DNA of 64,000 bases from Candidatus Staskawiczbacteria bacterium RIFOXYB1_FULL_38_37. GTDB taxonomy: Bacteria; Patescibacteriota; Minisyncoccia; Minisyncoccales; Staskawiczbacteraceae. Positions 63,320 through 64,000 of the stretch are shown in pieces. The stretch is from the NCBI GenBank assembly GCA_001822075.1, contig MHPK01000001.1:22757-86756 (forward strand), in the 5' to 3' direction. The translations under genes were made by a program, and so were the position numbers. The notes beneath the pieces are model-generated. The model searched no databases and was not told the DNA's origin. It saw only the letters and a program-made list of their open reading frames with translations. Positions within the stretch are counted from its first letter, which is position 1. Every line of letters starts with the position of its first letter.

Positions 63320-64000
63320 TTATTCTTTTTCGCCCATTACCCTTATTATTTCTTCAACGCTTGTTTCGCCGTCTAAAATTTTTAATATGCCATTTTGCTC
63401 CATTGAAAGCATTCCCTGCTTCTGGGCTGTTTGGAAAAGTTCGTTTTCCGAAGTTCCTTTTAATATCAATCGCGATATTTCTGTTGTAATCGGCAAAACC
63501 TCGTAAAGCCCGACTCTGCCCGCAAACCCTGTGAAATTGCATTTCTCGCACCCTTTAGCTTCATAAACAAAAAGCGTATCCGGCAGTTTTAAATTTTGCT
63601 TTACAAAAGCAGGGAGGCCTTTTATCTTTTTTGACAAATAAGCATGAGCTTCGCCTATAGGCCTTTTTTTAACTTTGCATTTCTTGCACAAAATCCTGAT
63701 AAGCCTCTGTGAAATAACCAGCCTTAAAGCTGAAGGAATAAGAAACTGCCTTACTCCCATATCTGTTAATCTTGGCACCACTCCCACAGAAGAATTTGTG
63801 TGCAAAGTAGACAATACCACGTGCCCTGTAAGCGCCGCGTTCACAACAAGGTCGGCAGTTTCTTCGTCTCGGATTTCTCCTATCATAATAACATTCGGGT
63901 CCTGCCTCAGAATTTGGCGAAGCCCGTTAGCAAAAGTATACCCGATTTCAGGCTTTATCTGGGACTGGTTTACGCCTTCTATTGAATATTCTATAGGGTC
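63320..64000 (-). CDS. pilB: Type IV pilus assembly ATPase PilB/GspE, C-terminal part (5' end beyond the window)
   Basis: The frame is open to base 64000 (DPIEYSIEGVNQSQIKPEIGYTFANGLRQILRQDPNVIMIGEIRDEETA...TGHVVLSTLHTN). Tetracysteine motif CKKC...CEKC. Confidence 0.9.
   Translation of the reverse strand, partial: DPIEYSIEGVNQSQIKPEIGYTFANGLRQILRQDPNVIMIGEIRDEETADLVVNAALTGHVVLSTLHTNSSVGVVPRLTDMGVRQFLIPSALRLVISQRLIRILCKKCKVKKRPIGEAHAYLSKKIKGLPAFVKQNLKLPDTLFVYEAKGCEKCNFTGFAGRVGLYEVLPITTEISRLILKGTSENELFQTAQKQGMLSMEQNGILKILDGETSVEEIIRVMGEKE

Overview
AT-rich window (about one-third G+C by eye) with densely packed genes and the standard genetic code: TGA is a stop in smpB and rpmI. Gene content suggests a small-genome bacterium of the Patescibacteria/CPR type; this is an inference, since no rRNA is present. 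The core genes cover three areas. DNA repair and recombination: uvrC, uvrB, ruvA, recA, ligA, PolX, an EndoQ-like PHP nuclease and ftsK. Translation: rpsF-ssb-rpsR, infC-rpmI-rplT, trpS, smpB with tmRNA, tRNA-Leu(CAG), RNase J and greA. Cell envelope: a murE-like ligase, a SEDS protein, secG and phosphohexomutase. A type IV pilus locus runs from 55.0 kb to the window end (pilB partial, pilT, pilC, two pilins, pilD, four minor-pilin-like genes). Three very large secreted or surface proteins are present (2006, 1054 and 1102 aa). The points most worth a second look are: (1) A 3.4-kb accessory island between murE and ruvA. It holds a Gp49/HigB-like + XRE pair, a 527-aa protein with an R-S-E ADP-ribosyltransferase signature, and two tiny DNA-binding genes that share a palindromic operator. 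(2) Several families of short repeats, both GC-rich hairpins and AT-rich 7-8-nt tandem arrays, lie in intergenic DNA and also in frame inside conserved genes (uvrC, pgi, ruvA, ligA, pilD, polX, NIF3 and the giant protein). A RAYT/IS200-like Y1 transposase gene bracketed by its own palindromes sits in the same window. (3) An AbiEii-like cassette is inserted in the pilus locus, flanked by a 63-bp duplication of the pilD 5' end. (4) A markedly GC-rich single-gene islet encodes a PEP-CTERM protein. All calls rest on reading the sequence and motifs by hand; no database search was run.
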